In this document: positions 12,386 through 26,098 of the stretch, one piece after another
Layout: every line of letters begins with the position of its first letter
Numbering within the stretch: the first letter of the stretch is position 1
Assembly: GCF_018977255.1 (NCBI RefSeq)
Contig: NW_024704743.1
Coordinates: 19,904,001-19,968,000, forward strand
Length of the DNA stretch: 64,000 nt
Source: Callorhinchus milii
Taxonomy: Eukaryota
Direction: 5' to 3'
Made by a program: the position numbers and the translations under genes
The notes under the pieces: model-generated
Seen by the model: the letters and a program-made list of their open reading frames with translations, nothing else
Database searches by the model: none
What the model was told of the DNA's origin: nothing

Positions 12386-15300
12386 GTACAATTCCACTGG
12401 AGTTGAAAAGCTTACAAGAAGGGTGACAGATTGAAACCGCTTAACTCCTGAGTAATCCCAGGCATTGTTTTTTTAGCTCACCAATTAGACTCAGAGGTGT
12501 AGACATGTTCTGAACTGTCTGACTCATCAATGAAACTTGGAGGAGTAGGCGTGTGTTCAACCCTGCGGTTTCTAGATAGGTATCGTGTAAAATGTACCAT
12601 GAAAATTATCGTGCTTTGTTAGCTGTATAGTTATTTTTTTTAAAAAAACATGCACTTTAAACAAAGAAAATCAAACAGCGCTTCATTCACCTACTGATTG
12701 TCCTACATTACAAAACAATATAAACCAAACCCACTTCAGTGACAATTGATCTTTCAGTCCATGCACAATAGCAAATAGGTTGGAATTTTTTGTGAATGAC
12801 CTCTGTATTGTATTAATTTCTAAAAAATGTCAATATAATTGTTAAAAATGCTTGGAATGCTGGCATTTATAGTCATATGATGTCAAAGCCTAAAGAAGTA
12901 GGAACTGAAATCATCTGTGAAATGTCCTGAATTCCAGATACGATTGTTTATTTTGTAATATGACGTCCTCCCGACGTGAGAGACGCTCTATAAATGTAAT
13001 TTTATTGTTTTTTAGATTATAATCTATATGTGAATCAACCCAAATTAGAATGATAATTAGAATAACAATTTGGAAAACATACAAGTCAAATTAAAAGAAA
13101 AATACATAAAATAATACATAAAAGAAAAAATAAAAGATCAAGGAGAAAAATACAGTAAAACCCAATTTGAAGATGCCCCTTTTGTATGCTGATTCACTTA
13201 TAAGATGGGAAAGGTGGGTGTCCTGTGAACCCACACGGCTGGTTTGGAAGTTCAGACCAGCTGGCTTGCCACACACTAAAAAGGGGCCAACTTTCAGGTC
13301 ATAGGCTATGTTACTTCTTGTACTCTGTACACGCATGCTATGTCCAAGCAACTTCCCACTCTAAAAAAAATGGTGACTTCCAGGTCATTTAAGAGCTCAG
13401 AGATGCTACCCTGCGAAGCGCCCTGAGATGCCGTCCGGAGTGCAGTTATATAAATCCAAGTTGTTGTTGTTGTAGTCAGTGTACTCCATGTCACAGATTT
13501 TTTGATGTGGGCTAAATGCTATTTGGTTCATTTTGGTAAACTTAGTGAATCTGCTCATGTGCGATTACATATAATTTAACATTATACTTACTGCATTGTA
13601 TTTAGGAGCAATGGAACAGGAATCGGCCATTAGGCCCATCAACCCTGCTCCGGCATCCCAATTATACACAGTACAAGCTGGGCCAGATGGTTTACAGGAG
13701 ATGGGGTAGGACAAACAAGGACGTAAAACAAAATTGGGTCACTCAATCCACGACTGTTTCGCTGTGCCCAATTGACTGCCACGTTTCGGCCACAAAATAT
13801 ACAGTCAATTCACTTTATAGTATAAACTGTGAAGTGCTTTGAGACATCTCAAAGACATGATAAGGCGCTATATTAAATGCAGGAATTATTATTATGTAAC
13901 AAGCTCAAAATATGCTCCATTGAATAAAATAAAATCCAGCTTTATAAAAATCAAACAAGGCTGTGGATTTGAGGAAGGGGGGGTTAATTCTTTACACATT
14001 AAGTTCCAAGTACCCTGGCATAGTTTATTATGTAAAGAGGAATGTTTACGCAATCTACATACGAAAATGTATTACCTTGGTAAACAGAATACCAATTTGT
14101 CAAGAGTGGCGTAATGCCTTTTAATCTTATTGAACAGTGTTCACTATAGTAATCCTAATCACACACTTGAGAGTTCATCAAGCATCCATTTTCATCAGGT
14201 AGTTCAATTCATCACCTCAAAATGATAGCTAGAGTTTTAAAGAGGTGGGTGGAAAGATCACATTAAAAGAAGATTGAATGCTCTGTCACTAAAATAGTGT
14301 CAAAATAGCATGCAATTCTTCAATATAAAATATCACCACAAGGTGGCTGACTTCTTAATGCCAACTTTTTCACATTCTGAAAATTACTCTAGGAACAAAA
14401 CTAACCTTGGCTCCTCTCACACCATTCCTCCCCTCCCCACCACTCAATGCTTTCAAGGAACAGGGGGTGTGAGACGGGATGCAAAGAGAGGCACAACTAC
14501 ACAACAGCACAACTTGATTCTGCCCTCAGCCTTGTAATTATGAGAAAGGTCCTACATTCAGAAGACAAAATGGTGATTCTGTTTAAAAGTATAACAATTG
14601 CACATGTTTTAAATATATTCTCCATCTTTACGGCGATTTACCTTGGAATATTCTTGCAAATATATAAAAACAGGGATACGGAAGTGCCACAGACAAATGC
14701 TAGAGCTTTAAACTTGTCAGCAATTTCAGCATTTGAAATCACAGATAATGCTCTAGAATACTTCCAGTACTGTATTCAGGTTTACAGATTTGAGTCCAAA
14801 CAGATCAATATAATCTCTGAAGTTTTAAAGGATGGTAAATAGAAATGATCTTAAACTAATCACATCACCTTCACACTCATTATTGATGTCATTCCAGAGC
14901 TTTTATACATACAAACATTTATATCCTAAACTTTGAGAATCCTATTATTTGTAGACCCAAGGAGTTGACTTGCTGTTGCGTAACTATGGGATACAGATGT
15001 GATGAATGACAGCTTCTCACATCAGCAGCAAGAGTCTGGAGACCTTCAACATGAAATTACGAATGTCTAGTGCTGGATACAACTGAAGCAGGCAACTGAA
15101 GGCCACAATTTCTTAGTCTTCTGCATTTCATTTTGAGAAATCCAGAAAAATGGCTTCCATATTTTGACACAATAGAATTTTCCAAAATTCTTCATAGTCT
15201 CAAATTTTTAAGACAATGGCAATAAAGCTAAAGCCATGAGAAATTTCAGACCTTAGAAATGATACAGAAGCTAGTACAATGCAAAAAACTGCTTCTTAGA

Positions 15301-16221
15301 TTACAGGCAGAACATGACCATTGCCACAGTTTAATTCAAGAGGCCCACCACAAGCTAATCATCTGGGTGTCCGGTTGAACCAATTAAAGGAACTGTGTAT
15401 AAATCCAAAGAATATTAGCCAAGCTCTTATCTTATTCTGTCTCTAGTCTCATTTTTATTTTTGGCTTAAAATCTTACACTGTATATGCATAAATAACTAA
15501 CGGCAAATAAATTAAAACAAAATTCTGTTTCCGGCAGTGGTTTGCAACACTGCTGGTACAATAAGCTTTGCTGACACTTGTAATATGAAATCAAAAGTGA
15601 TTTTCCACGTCGAAAATCCTCATAGCTTTCTGTACAATTGGCTGCCACATTTCGCCCACAAAATATACAGTCAATTAATTTTACAGTATATTCTGTGAAG
15701 CGCTTTGAGACATCTGGAAGATGTGATAAGGCGCTATATCAAATGCAATGATTTTTATTATTATTATTACTGTTCTTACTTTATGTTCAAGCGCTCAGAG
15801 ATCCTAACCCACATGAAGGGTGCTATATAAATACAAGTTGGTGTTGTACGACTGAATACTGATTAACATTGTTGCTCTTTACAAGTTTGCATGAGTTTAA
15901 GTTTCACAGTTCTGCTTGATTCGCCCAGTGATCTTCAGAATGTTCCAAGCCCAGCCTCTATCTGCTTAAACCCAGTTTATTCAATTTTTTTGACACAGTG
16001 AATCTGATCTAATCTAACAAAATCTCACCTGTACTCAGGGAGTTGTCATTTTCTTCAATAGAAAAAAAAAAATCTTTTAATAGAACAGGAACCATGGCGG
16101 TCTTACCCTCCTTTCTTAAATGCTTTGAATTTGAATTTGAAATTGAATTTGAAGAAGAATCTCTTCTCTTCCACTTGCTTCCACTCTCCCTGCCTTCAAA
16201 AAAAACACGTAAGTACCCTTT

Positions 16222-16495
16222 TTAATAATACTAATCTTTGCATTTTGATATAGCGCTTTTCACGTCTTCTAAACGTCTCAAAGCGCTTCACAGAATATGC
16301 TGTAAAGTGAATTGACTGTATATTTGTGGGAAAAATGTGGCAGCCAATTGCGTACAGCAGTGTCCCACAAACAGTCATGGATTGAAAATGACCAATTTAT
16401 TATTGTTTTTGTTTTGGAGGGCTTATTATTAGGCGTGTGGAGTAAGGAAACTAAGGAATTGAACCCAGGTGTCTCGCTGGCAAGGCGAGTGCAAA
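16222..16495 (-). mobile_element. Young SINE, short form with internally deleted head
   Basis: Near-consensus tail and body; head partly deleted (gaaacta|aggaattgaacccagg). Confidence 0.85.
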
Positions 16496-18000
16496 ATGTT
16501 TCCTTCCTGTCCCTCCCTATTTGATTCTTCCCATCACAACTGTTAACATCATTCCTATGTGAAAGACGTAAATGTAATTTGTTGTTGTTAACTGCTCCGA
16601 TAGTTGTCGTTAAGTCATCGTGAGTGAAAAGGGCTTCATAAGTGCAAATTATTGTATTTGTACAATCCTGCTCATCTGAGCTGCAACTTGCCAATCAACA
16701 TTTCACAAATGTATTCCGCAAACCAGGAACCTCACAAGGGGGTGTGGTGTTGAGAGAAAGATTATAATAAAATCTAGCCCTTTGTTTATCTTAGAAACAT
16801 AGGAAGGCAGGGGGAATCTGGCTGGGTGGCAACCTCACCTGTGTTATGAACTACACCCTATTGTAAAATAGTTTACAACCTCACCAACCCAACAAAACAA
16901 TTCACCAGCCCAACCCATCGCCTAAGGAAAATATTTTTATCCCAGCCTAATTTGCAAATTTCAGAGATTTCTTTCAAACTTTTTTTTAATATAAAAAAGT
17001 TATCCATGTGCACAAAACATTTAATATTGCTCACCATTCATGGGAATGTCTTATTTTCAAACGTCAATCAGAAGACTTAGGAACCGAACAAGAAAGATCG
17101 AAAGTAGGCACATGAAGTTTTCAAACAGAGTAGGGTTGCAGTTTTGGGAAAGGCAGAATCCTGAAAAACTTTTAATATTCTTGTGACAAAGAAAAAAGTT
17201 ATAACTGTAAATATACAAGCACTGCAGATGTATAAGCACTAAAACAAATTGATGAATAAGCACAATTTATATTTATGTCACCTTGAAGTTAGCTCAGCTC
17301 CAAAGAGACCCCGCTTATTTCCTCCCCAGGAAGGATATTCTTAGTGCCTTAAGACAGATTAGTGCCTTAAAATCGCTCTGGGATATTTCATAGATGTATT
17401 GCAAAACGGTCTCTAATGTATCTATTGTAGCTAATACTCTAATTCCATTTCCCTGTTCTTTCTCTGTTCCTTTTTATATTATTCCTCATCCAGTGTTGAT
17501 CACTTCTCTTCATAGCTGTGGGACATTGCTTTGTGCAAACTGGCTTCTGTGTTCGCCTACAAATGTCCACAATAAACACACTTTCCACTTTATGAAGCAC
17601 TTTGAGACATCCTCCTGATATGGAAGCACTATATCAAAGTGCAAGAATTATTATTAAAATAATAATACCTGATCCAGTTGCACATCATAAAAATATATTT
17701 TGTGAATATTTTCCAATTGTTAGTGGATTACTACAGTGGACGGATTTTAGACACTTTCAGTCAAATATTTGCCAAACATTAAAAAAATGCAGAAAGTTAT
17801 GCTTGCAAATGTAAATTTTTTAAATGTCGAATTTCTCCCTTCCACTCCTCATGATGACGTGGACTTCTGCTGGGTACATCTGTAAAAGCACCTTCTATCC
17901 TTCACACAAATTGGTCTTTCTTTCTGCTTCAGCCAGACAATCCTGCATAATGATCAGGGGCAGGAAATAGATAGACATTTCCTGAGCCCAAAGCACAAAA

Positions 18001-18356
18001 ATAATAATAATCCTTGCATTTGATATAGCGTTTTTCACGTCTTCTAGACGTCTCAAAGCATTTCACAGAATATATTGTAAAGTAAATTGACTGTATATTT
18101 GTGGGCGAAATGCGGCAGCCAATTACGCAAAGCAGTCGTGGATTCAGTGACTAAATTATTATTGTTTTTTTAAGGAATTATTATCCCCAGAAAAGCAGTC
18201 CAACATTCAACCAACAACTGGGTTCCTACTTACTTCTCGATAAACAGAGGCATGTGGAGTAAGGAAACTTGCCCAGCATTTCGCCCACCCGGGAATAGAA
18301 CCTAGGTCTCTCGCTTGCAAGGCGAGTTCTCTAACCACTGAGCTACAGGACTCTAC
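18001..18356 (-). mobile_element. Young tRNA-derived SINE, long form, full length
   Basis: Reverse complement starts gtagagtcctgtagctcagtggttagag, anticodon arm ctcgc-cttgcaa-gcgag, ends in (ATT)n. Confidence 0.9.
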
Positions 18357-20219
18357 TAGCTCCACACTAAAGCCAACTGTAATAATAGCAACAACAACTT
18401 GCACTGAAATTGCGCCCCCACGCATTAGTTCTTTTTTTTGTTGTGGTTCCCTAACTGCAAGTGGCTGACTCAGCAAAGACCAGAGATCAAACCTGTGACC
18501 TTCATGACTAAGTGCTACACTGGGCCTTTAACCTACCAGGCTATCAGGTAAACCTGCTGTCAGAAAATTAAATCATTTAGTATTGGTTCTCTCCTTGCTG
18601 ATAACGTTTCAACAATCTTCGACAGCAAGCACAGAATACTCTCCATTTGCAGGTACATTTGCTGAGATTTTGCAGTGTGCTCATATAATCCAAATCCTCT
18701 GATTTCTATTGATATTAAGCTGCTGAAATCGCTGCAATTTTAGTCCACTGTGGATCACAAGAGAAATTTGGATGAAGAAAGCTCTTCAGCCATTTGAACT
18801 CACCATTCTAGGGAACACCCGTGCTATTGTCCTACCATTACAGGATTGAATTATTTCTTAAATGAGTCCAGAGCATACCTCACACACAAACTAGCCTTTG
18901 TTACCTTGTATCTGTGCACTCTTGTTCTGCTGCCATATCTAAAAGTATTGATTCGGGTTTACTTTCTCAATCCCACTTAAAACTTTATTTAGCTCTATAA
19001 GGCCCCTCCGGACATCTTTTCAAGGTGAAGACTTCTAAATTGTCTTATCATGAAGACGTGAAAAGCGCTATATCAAATGCAAGTATTATTATTATTATTA
19101 ATATTATTGCTCATTCCTCCAAAGCTTATAGCTCTCCTCTGCACTGCCTCAAGGACGTAGGCAGTTCCCTTACGTCAGAATGTTATGCAACGCTCCAGGT
19201 TCAGCCTGATCAGAAACAAAATACTAGATCTTTCAGCTTCTCCCTTGGCAAATTCTATACATCCACAAAGTATGCGTGCCTCCTATTTTTACTTCAAGAA
19301 GAAAAGTTAAAGATGGTGATTGCTCGACAATCATCTGAGGCCATGAAGTGAGAGACAGAATGCCAATTCTGAAGACGGATTGCTGGCACCAAAGTGATTG
19401 CGGTTATTGATGAATGGCTTTATCTGACGCGATGCAGACTGGTTTAAGATACCCGAGCACATGGAAATCAGAATGGAACAGATCTTGGGATTCTGCAGTC
19501 AGGATGTGGTGTTCGCATCAGCAATCCATCTTCAGTAATGGCTCGTTCAAACACTTTATCTAGAGAAGCAGACCTCTGATGTATAATTTTGAATGTACAC
19601 CCTCTTGTTCTGCTGTCCTGCCATATCTGAAAGTATTGTTTGGGATTTCTCAATCCCAATGACAATCTTATGTACCTCTTTAGGATCCCCTCTGAGGCAT
19701 CTCTTTTCAAGCCTGCAGGGCCCTAATGTATCGTGACTTATTCCAATCATTACAGAATCAGCTCTTCACTTCATCCAATACAATTTAGACTTAAATAGCT
19801 CCTTTCACAAAGTTCACGGTTGTTTGTGGGACACTGCTGTGCACATAACTGGCTGCTGCCTTTGCCTGCAGCATACACAGTCGTTCCATTTTACAGTTAA
19901 CCCTGAAGCACTTTGAGATGTCCTCCTGACGTGAAAGGCTCCATATTAAATGCAAGGACTTTTATTGTTTTATGGATATCAGGCCCGCCATACTGAAGGT
20001 TTAAAAAGATCACTTGATCTGATACTCAATCATCATCCATTCATGCTACTATAGCGGTTGCCCGCACCCCACAAATGGAGTATCTGCCTGTTGATAAAAC
20101 TGACATTACAAAGCCAGGTTATCCACAGGGTCACCATCCTTTACTAATGTGTACTTGTTACAATTACTTGGGCACTGTTTCTATGCTTCTACAACTGTTA
20201 TCATACGTGGTTGTGCCAA

Positions 20220-20640
20220 ACAACTCAACAACAATTTGTATAGCACCCTTCATGCAGGATAGAGTCTCACAGTATTGAACAATAGTACAGTTTGATGCTG
20301 AGCAGGGGAGAAAGAGATGACCCTAGGCTTAGCCGAAGAAGAAAGTCTTCAAATCGAATCTGAATATAGGCAAAGAGTGGGCAAGGTGAAGGGACTGAGG
20401 CAGGGAGTTCCAGAGATTCAGGGAATAGTGGCTGAAAGCATGTTTGCCAATGGTGGAAAGGAGGGGTCGAGGAATGTACAGAAGGGGGTGGGCAGAGTGA
20501 GGCATTAGAAGGTTGGAGAAGTAGGGAGGTGCTAGGGCATGAAGTGATTTGTAGGCAAGTGCGAGGATCTTCAAATCAATCTGTTCTGCAACAGAGAGCC
20601 AGTGCAGCCTGGCAAGGACTGGGATGATGGGGGATACTGT
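20220..20640 (-). mobile_element. L2 LINE 3' fragment
   Basis: ORF 20329-20574 KILALAYKSLHALAPPY...AFSHYSLNLWNSLP...LKTFFF is the typical L2 ORF2 C-terminus. Confidence 0.85.
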
Positions 20641-21599
20641 AAATAAACATGCTCAAAGTCACATTTATAAAATGTAATTATGAGCCATGTCAGGCAGCAC
20701 TGGGCAATGTACACACCAACAAAGGGAAAAATCACCATTCTTATTAGATTAATACCTAGAATTGGAGTGATTTGTTATCAGCTGATTTTATTTTCTTAGG
20801 GCATTATCCCTAGAGCAGGTTGTCAAGTTTCTCGGCACACATCGTTTGCTCATTAATGAATAGCGGGCAATCCCTTGATAAAACTATGCAGAACACTATA
20901 CGCTGTAAATATTTTGCAAAGATTAACTGAATCGTCCAATGAGGTATCTTCAGAGGAAGCAAATCACCTTTTTCTACTGGTTCCGTGTGCACCAACCTAT
21001 CCATATCGCTGACGAGTCAGTTAATTTAGCGAATCTCCTACCCATTTTCTTGCCCCCTGTTCCTACCTGCTATCTATTACCTCTCAAGTATTACCTTGAA
21101 AAACACCCTCCAACAAACCTCAACCAGTCAATGAACCTGACATGTCTTGTACTGGATAGTCCAGGAGAATCCTTTGCTGTCTTCTCTTGGCGTAAATGCC
21201 TCTTTCGCTACCATGAGCCTTCCATCAGCCCGAGGGAAGTAACGAGCTTTGCTAAGTGGCACAGAAGGCTTCATATCTCATCCTTGCCTCACCATCAGAT
21301 TGAATGCTGCATCATGATTCACTGCTCACTGTCATTCTGCCTTCAGCTTGTGGCATCTTAATCATTCAGAAGTCACCCAAGAAACCTTATCTCTTCTGAT
21401 AACTTTTGTAATTCTACTATTAGATCTGCTAAATGTAACTTTACAGTTCAGTACATCCTCAGATAAGTCAAGATAATTTACCTTCTGCCCATAAACCACT
21501 CCTCTCAATCAGGTTCTCCTCCTTACGTGGTGCTCTTTGTAATGCTCCTGAGAAAAAGCTATGGCTATAGCTCTTGGAGTCAGACACTGAAAAATTAAA

Positions 21600-22210
21600 A
21601 GAAAGCTGTGAGAAATTACCCAATTCTTAACGGAGTGGAGAAGCAGAGAGACCTTAGAGTACAGATACATTGGAATTTAAAGGTGGGCGTGCAAGTAGAT
21701 TCGACCATAAATAACAAATGGAATTCTAGGTTTTATGTATTGGAACACAATAGCAAAGATGTTTATTCAAGATGTTGGGCCACAGTTGGGAGCATTGCTT
21801 CCATGTTTGGCTGCCTCATTACGGAAAGTGCATTGAAAGAATACAGAGGACAGTCACAAGGATTATATCAGAGATAAGAGATTATAGTTACGTAATGAGG
21901 TTTGAAAAATTAGGATTATTTTCGCTGCAGCAGATTAAAATTCCGAAGTGTTTCTGAAAGAGTAAAGAAAGACAGACTATTTCCCCGATTGGGAGTCAAT
22001 CACATGTGAGGATTATTTTGAGAAGAAAATAAGGTGAGTTTGCAAGATATTTTTTAGGATGAAGAAATGTGAACTGGTTTATCCACAAACTGCTGTTAAA
22101 AACAAGGCCCGTGACAACATTTAAAAGGAATTGGATAAATCTTGGGGGGAAAAAGTAATATTAAAGGATTTGGAAAAAGAGTATAAGAATAGGATTAAGA
22201 ACAGAGCTCA
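21600..22210 (+). mobile_element. Old CR1 3' fragment
   Basis: KQRDLRVQIH; EHCFHVWLPHY...ERIQRTVTRII...EKLGLFSL motifs, frameshifted. Confidence 0.75.
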
Positions 22211-23364
22211 AGTGGGCAAGCTAGCCCCATTATTTATATATAAATATGGAAAAATCATGATGCATCTACTTTACTGGAAACCATCTGGAAGAGGGGATTA
22301 AACATTTACAATAGGAAAACTCCCTGACCAATACGAACAGAGCTGATATATTTGGCCTCAATAATATTCACTAAAATTAGCTTTTTCTGCCTGGTCGAAA
22401 GCAGACACAGAATTTTGTGATGTCTGGAAAACAGCCACTTTTGGATCACCTGTATAATTTCTAGTCGTAAGAACATAAACAGAAAACAAAGGAAAGTCTG
22501 TTTCGCTGCATATAATAGGTGCTCAGTAAGTTTCTTAATCATGTGCTTTCCACCAATGTATTGCAATTAATGGAAAGCCAACATCAACAAAATTGGATCT
22601 CAAACAAAAGTACAGACATTTTGATGCCAACACTTGTCACTGCAATCTCTTTAAAATTTCACAAGCTGATTATAAAATAAAAGAAAAAGCCACATTTCTA
22701 CTGACGCTTAATCTAGTGAATTCAAAAGCATTGCTTTGTACATGGGAATGGTTACCAGGAGGATTTGGATAAGTATGAATTAACATTCACATCTAAAGAC
22801 TTTTCTGTATTCACAGCCACAGGATGGGATTAGAAGGTCGTAAAGAGAAACAAATACAACAATTGACATAAATATGTATCTCATCTGTTTTTGTATATGA
22901 ATGTAGCAGAATACCATGTATTTCTTGTAAAATCACTCAAAAGTGTTTTCATTATTACCGAATGCAGTGAATATGTATTTTAATGGATTTGACTATTTAA
23001 AATCCACATGCAAGATGCATTAGAAAAATAGTTTGCATCTACTGTTCCACATGATTGGAGTGACTTCTACAATACATAAAAAAGTATTATATATTCACTC
23101 AGGACATCATCTAGCACTGTTAAGGGTGGTACACTCAGGATGATATGTACGTCATTAAGCTCATGAAAGAACTGCTGGATTCTTATGAATCAGTTGCAGT
23201 ATTGTGTCGATTTCTGGGCACCGAACCTTAGGAAAGATGTCAAGGCCTTGAGAGAGTTCAGAGGAGATTCGCCAAGATGATTCCAGGGATGAGACACTTC
23301 AGTTAAGAATACAAACTTGAGTAGTTGGCTCCGGTTGTTTTTTTTTTAAACTAGCACAAAGACA

Positions 23365-24340
23365 AACAACAACAACTTGCATTTCCTCTCACACAGTGTA
23401 GATGTTGGAGCTGTGGATGTTGGAGCTGGGGAGACCGGCAAGGAGGGCATTTGAAAAGTCGAGTCAGGAAGTGACGAACACATGGACGAGTGTTTCAGCT
23501 GCATCTGGGGTAAGGTATAGTTGGAGGCGGTCAATGTGGCAGAGATGGAGGAAGGCAATCCTGGTCAGGGACCAGATGTGGGGAAAAAAGGACAGCTGTG
23601 GGTCGAACCTGACGCCTACGCCTACGTTGCGCACTGGTTCGGTGAGTCTGAGGGACAGGCCGGGGAGGTTGAAGACATCATTATCACAGGACAGAAGCTG
23701 TTGATGGAAGCCAATGTACACTTAGTTGCACTCATCCAGCCTTAATGTCCACCAGAGAAGCCAAGAGAAGATTGGCGGACCTCGAGTCGCAGCTGTAGGT
23801 TTGTGTGTCATCCACATACATGTGGAAGTTTATCCCGTGTCTGCGGATGATATTGCCCAGAGGGAGCATATAGTTGAGGAAGAGGAGGGGGCCAAGGATG
23901 GAGCCCTGGCGTACACCACAGATGACCAGGCAGGGGCAGGAGGGGAAACCGTTTGAAGAGACAAAGTGAAGGCAGTTTGTTGGGAAAGCCTCGAAGCAGT
24001 ATAGTGTGCTCCCACTGAGGTGGATGAAGGAGGAGAGGTTGTGGATGAGGATGGTGTGGTCGACTGTGTCAAATGCAATGGAGCAGTCCAGGAGGACGAG
24101 GAGGCAGAGGGAGCCTTGGTCACAGAGGTGAAGGATGTCATTCATGACTTTGACAAGTGACGTCTCTGTGTTATGGACAGGGTAGAACCCAGACTGGAGG
24201 GGCTCGAGGAAGGAGTGGAGGGAGCAGTGAGAGTAAAGCTGGTTAGCAGCAACACCTTCCAGAGCTTTGGCAGGAAGGACAGGTTAGAAATGGGATGGCA
24301 AGACAATTGAGAGAAGGCATCAGAACTATAAAGGAATTTT
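23365..24340 (-). mobile_element. L2 LINE fragment with RT domain, internally deleted
   Basis: ORF 23732-24145 LLVLLDCSIAFDTVDHTIL...GVRQGSILGPLLF...HMYVDDTQ; ORF 24142-24420 PISNLSFLPKL; (AAC)n tail at ~23365. Confidence 0.9.
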
Positions 24341-24796
24341 TGGGGGGTCAGCCAGGTGTCTGACACAAGCAGAAACATGCTTAAGAGTATCCAAAGTAAA
24401 CAGAGTTCCTTGCATCCCAACTACACATGGAAATTCCAGAGATATTTATTGGAATGAAATGTGCACTTTCTCCTTGGAGGGAGTATTAATTGCAGGTTGG
24501 CAAGAGGCAAGATTTGGGGATCTCAGAATGTGCGTTGGGATACTGCTGGAATCTAAGTAGCTAAAACTGCATATTTCGATAAGGAGATTTCGATAAGGCA
24601 CATAAGAAATACTATTTCCAGTGTTCTGTATGGTAAGTCAATGACTGAGGAGCATAAATTCAGAAAATTCAAAAAAAAACTAAAGGAGAAGTTACGAGAT
24701 TTAAAAAAAATAAAACAGAGAGCAGTTGGGACATAGAATGCCCTGACAAAACATGGCTAAAATAGAACAACTTTTGAAAGGATATTAGACAAAAAG

Positions 24797-24990
24797 AAAC
24801 AACAAAATTCAATTTGTAAAGCACCTTTCACATCAGGAGGACGTTCCAAGGTGCTGGTCAGTCAGAATTTCGGACCTGAGCTGGGGGTCGGGATTGGGGA
24901 GGGTGGAGGGCAGGTGGGGGAAGCAGCGTGTTAAAAGCACAGTCGAAGAGTGGCTCTTGAGATGGGTCTTGAAGGAGGCAAGGGTCTGGA
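24797..24990 (-). mobile_element. L2 3' end fragment
   Basis: aacaacaaaattcaatttgtaaagcacctttcacatcaggaggacgttccaaggtgctgg tail plus G-rich 3'UTR. Confidence 0.8.
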
Positions 24991-25507
24991 AATACTAATA
25001 ACAGCGTCACTGTCAGGGTCAGAAATCCATAAGTTTGTTAGATGGAAGTATTCGTTTTGATGATAATCATCATGAGAATATTTCTTCCCCCGCCTTGAAA
25101 ACCCAATTAAATATGTAGCTCTTTGACCTTAGCTTTGGTACAACTATTAAATTCCCATTCCTTTCTCTTCTGCTCAGCTTTGTTGAAGCGAGGCCGTGAT
25201 GGAACTTCCTTAGGTGCAAAATTGTGAGGATCCACTCTGCTGCCTCTGCCATTGCTGCTGCCACCCCTCCCACTTACACCCAATCCTCTCTGTACGCTTT
25301 CAAACTTATTTCTCCCTCTTCTCTCTCTAATTTTCTTCAGTTGAATGTCGACAACATGGAGGCTCTCCTGCTTGGCTCGCGTCAGCGCCTTCTCACTTCA
25401 GGCACTGACAGCATCAACCTACATGGATGCGCAAACCACCACACAGACTCCATCCCAGAGTCCCTTCAACCTCATCCCTTCCCTTGCCTCCTGCAAGGCC
25501 CATCATG

Positions 25508-26098
25508 ACAACAACAACAATAAAATTACATTTATAAAGCACCATTCACATTGGGAGGACGTCCCAAGGTGCTGGACAGTCAAAAGTTTCGGACCCGAGC
25601 TAGGGCTCGGGATTGGGGAGGGTGGAGGGCGGGAGGGAAGTAGGGTGATTGGAAGCACAGTCGAAGAGAAGGGTCTTGAGATGGGTCTTGAAGGTGGCGA
25701 GGGAGGGGTCGAGGCGAAGAAACTGTAGGATGGAGTTCCAGAGGGTGGCGGCAGAATGGTTGAAGGCCTGCCCGCAATGGTGGGGCGGGCGAGGCAGGGG
25801 ATGTGAAACAGGCTGAAGTCTACTGAGCGGAGGGAATGGACAGAATGGTAGCGGGGTTAGGAGAGGTAGGGGGGAGCAAGACCATGGAGGGCTTTGAAGG
25901 TGAGGACCAGAATCTTGAACTGTATCCTCTGTGTGATGGGAAGCCAGTGGATTCGGGCGAAGATGGGGGTGATAGCATCACGGAGCCTGGTGCGGGAGAG
26001 GACATGGGCTGCAGAGTTTCTGGATGATCTGCAGCCTATGGAAGGAGGAGTTGGGGAGGCCGACAAGCAAGGAGTTTGCATAGTCAAGCATGGATGTT
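25508..26098 (-). mobile_element. Young L2 LINE 3' fragment
   Basis: NSAAHVLSRTRLRDAITPIFARIHWLPITQRIQFKILVLTFKALHGLAPPYLS; (AAC)n tail. Confidence 0.92.

Noticed and set aside
17035..17160. 126-nt minus-strand segment with AG and GTGAGC sites
   Set aside because: Stops in all three frames and nothing else supports it.
21005..21035. Hammerhead-like CTGACGAG...GCGAA
   Set aside because: GAAT instead of GAAA, poor stem II and no stem I; just a short palindrome.
20939..21361. 140-aa plus-strand ORF (also 14447-14842, 40263-40724, 48095-48568, 43226-43420)
   Set aside because: No recognisable domain or exon structure; several overlap decayed repeats; lengths are plausible by chance.
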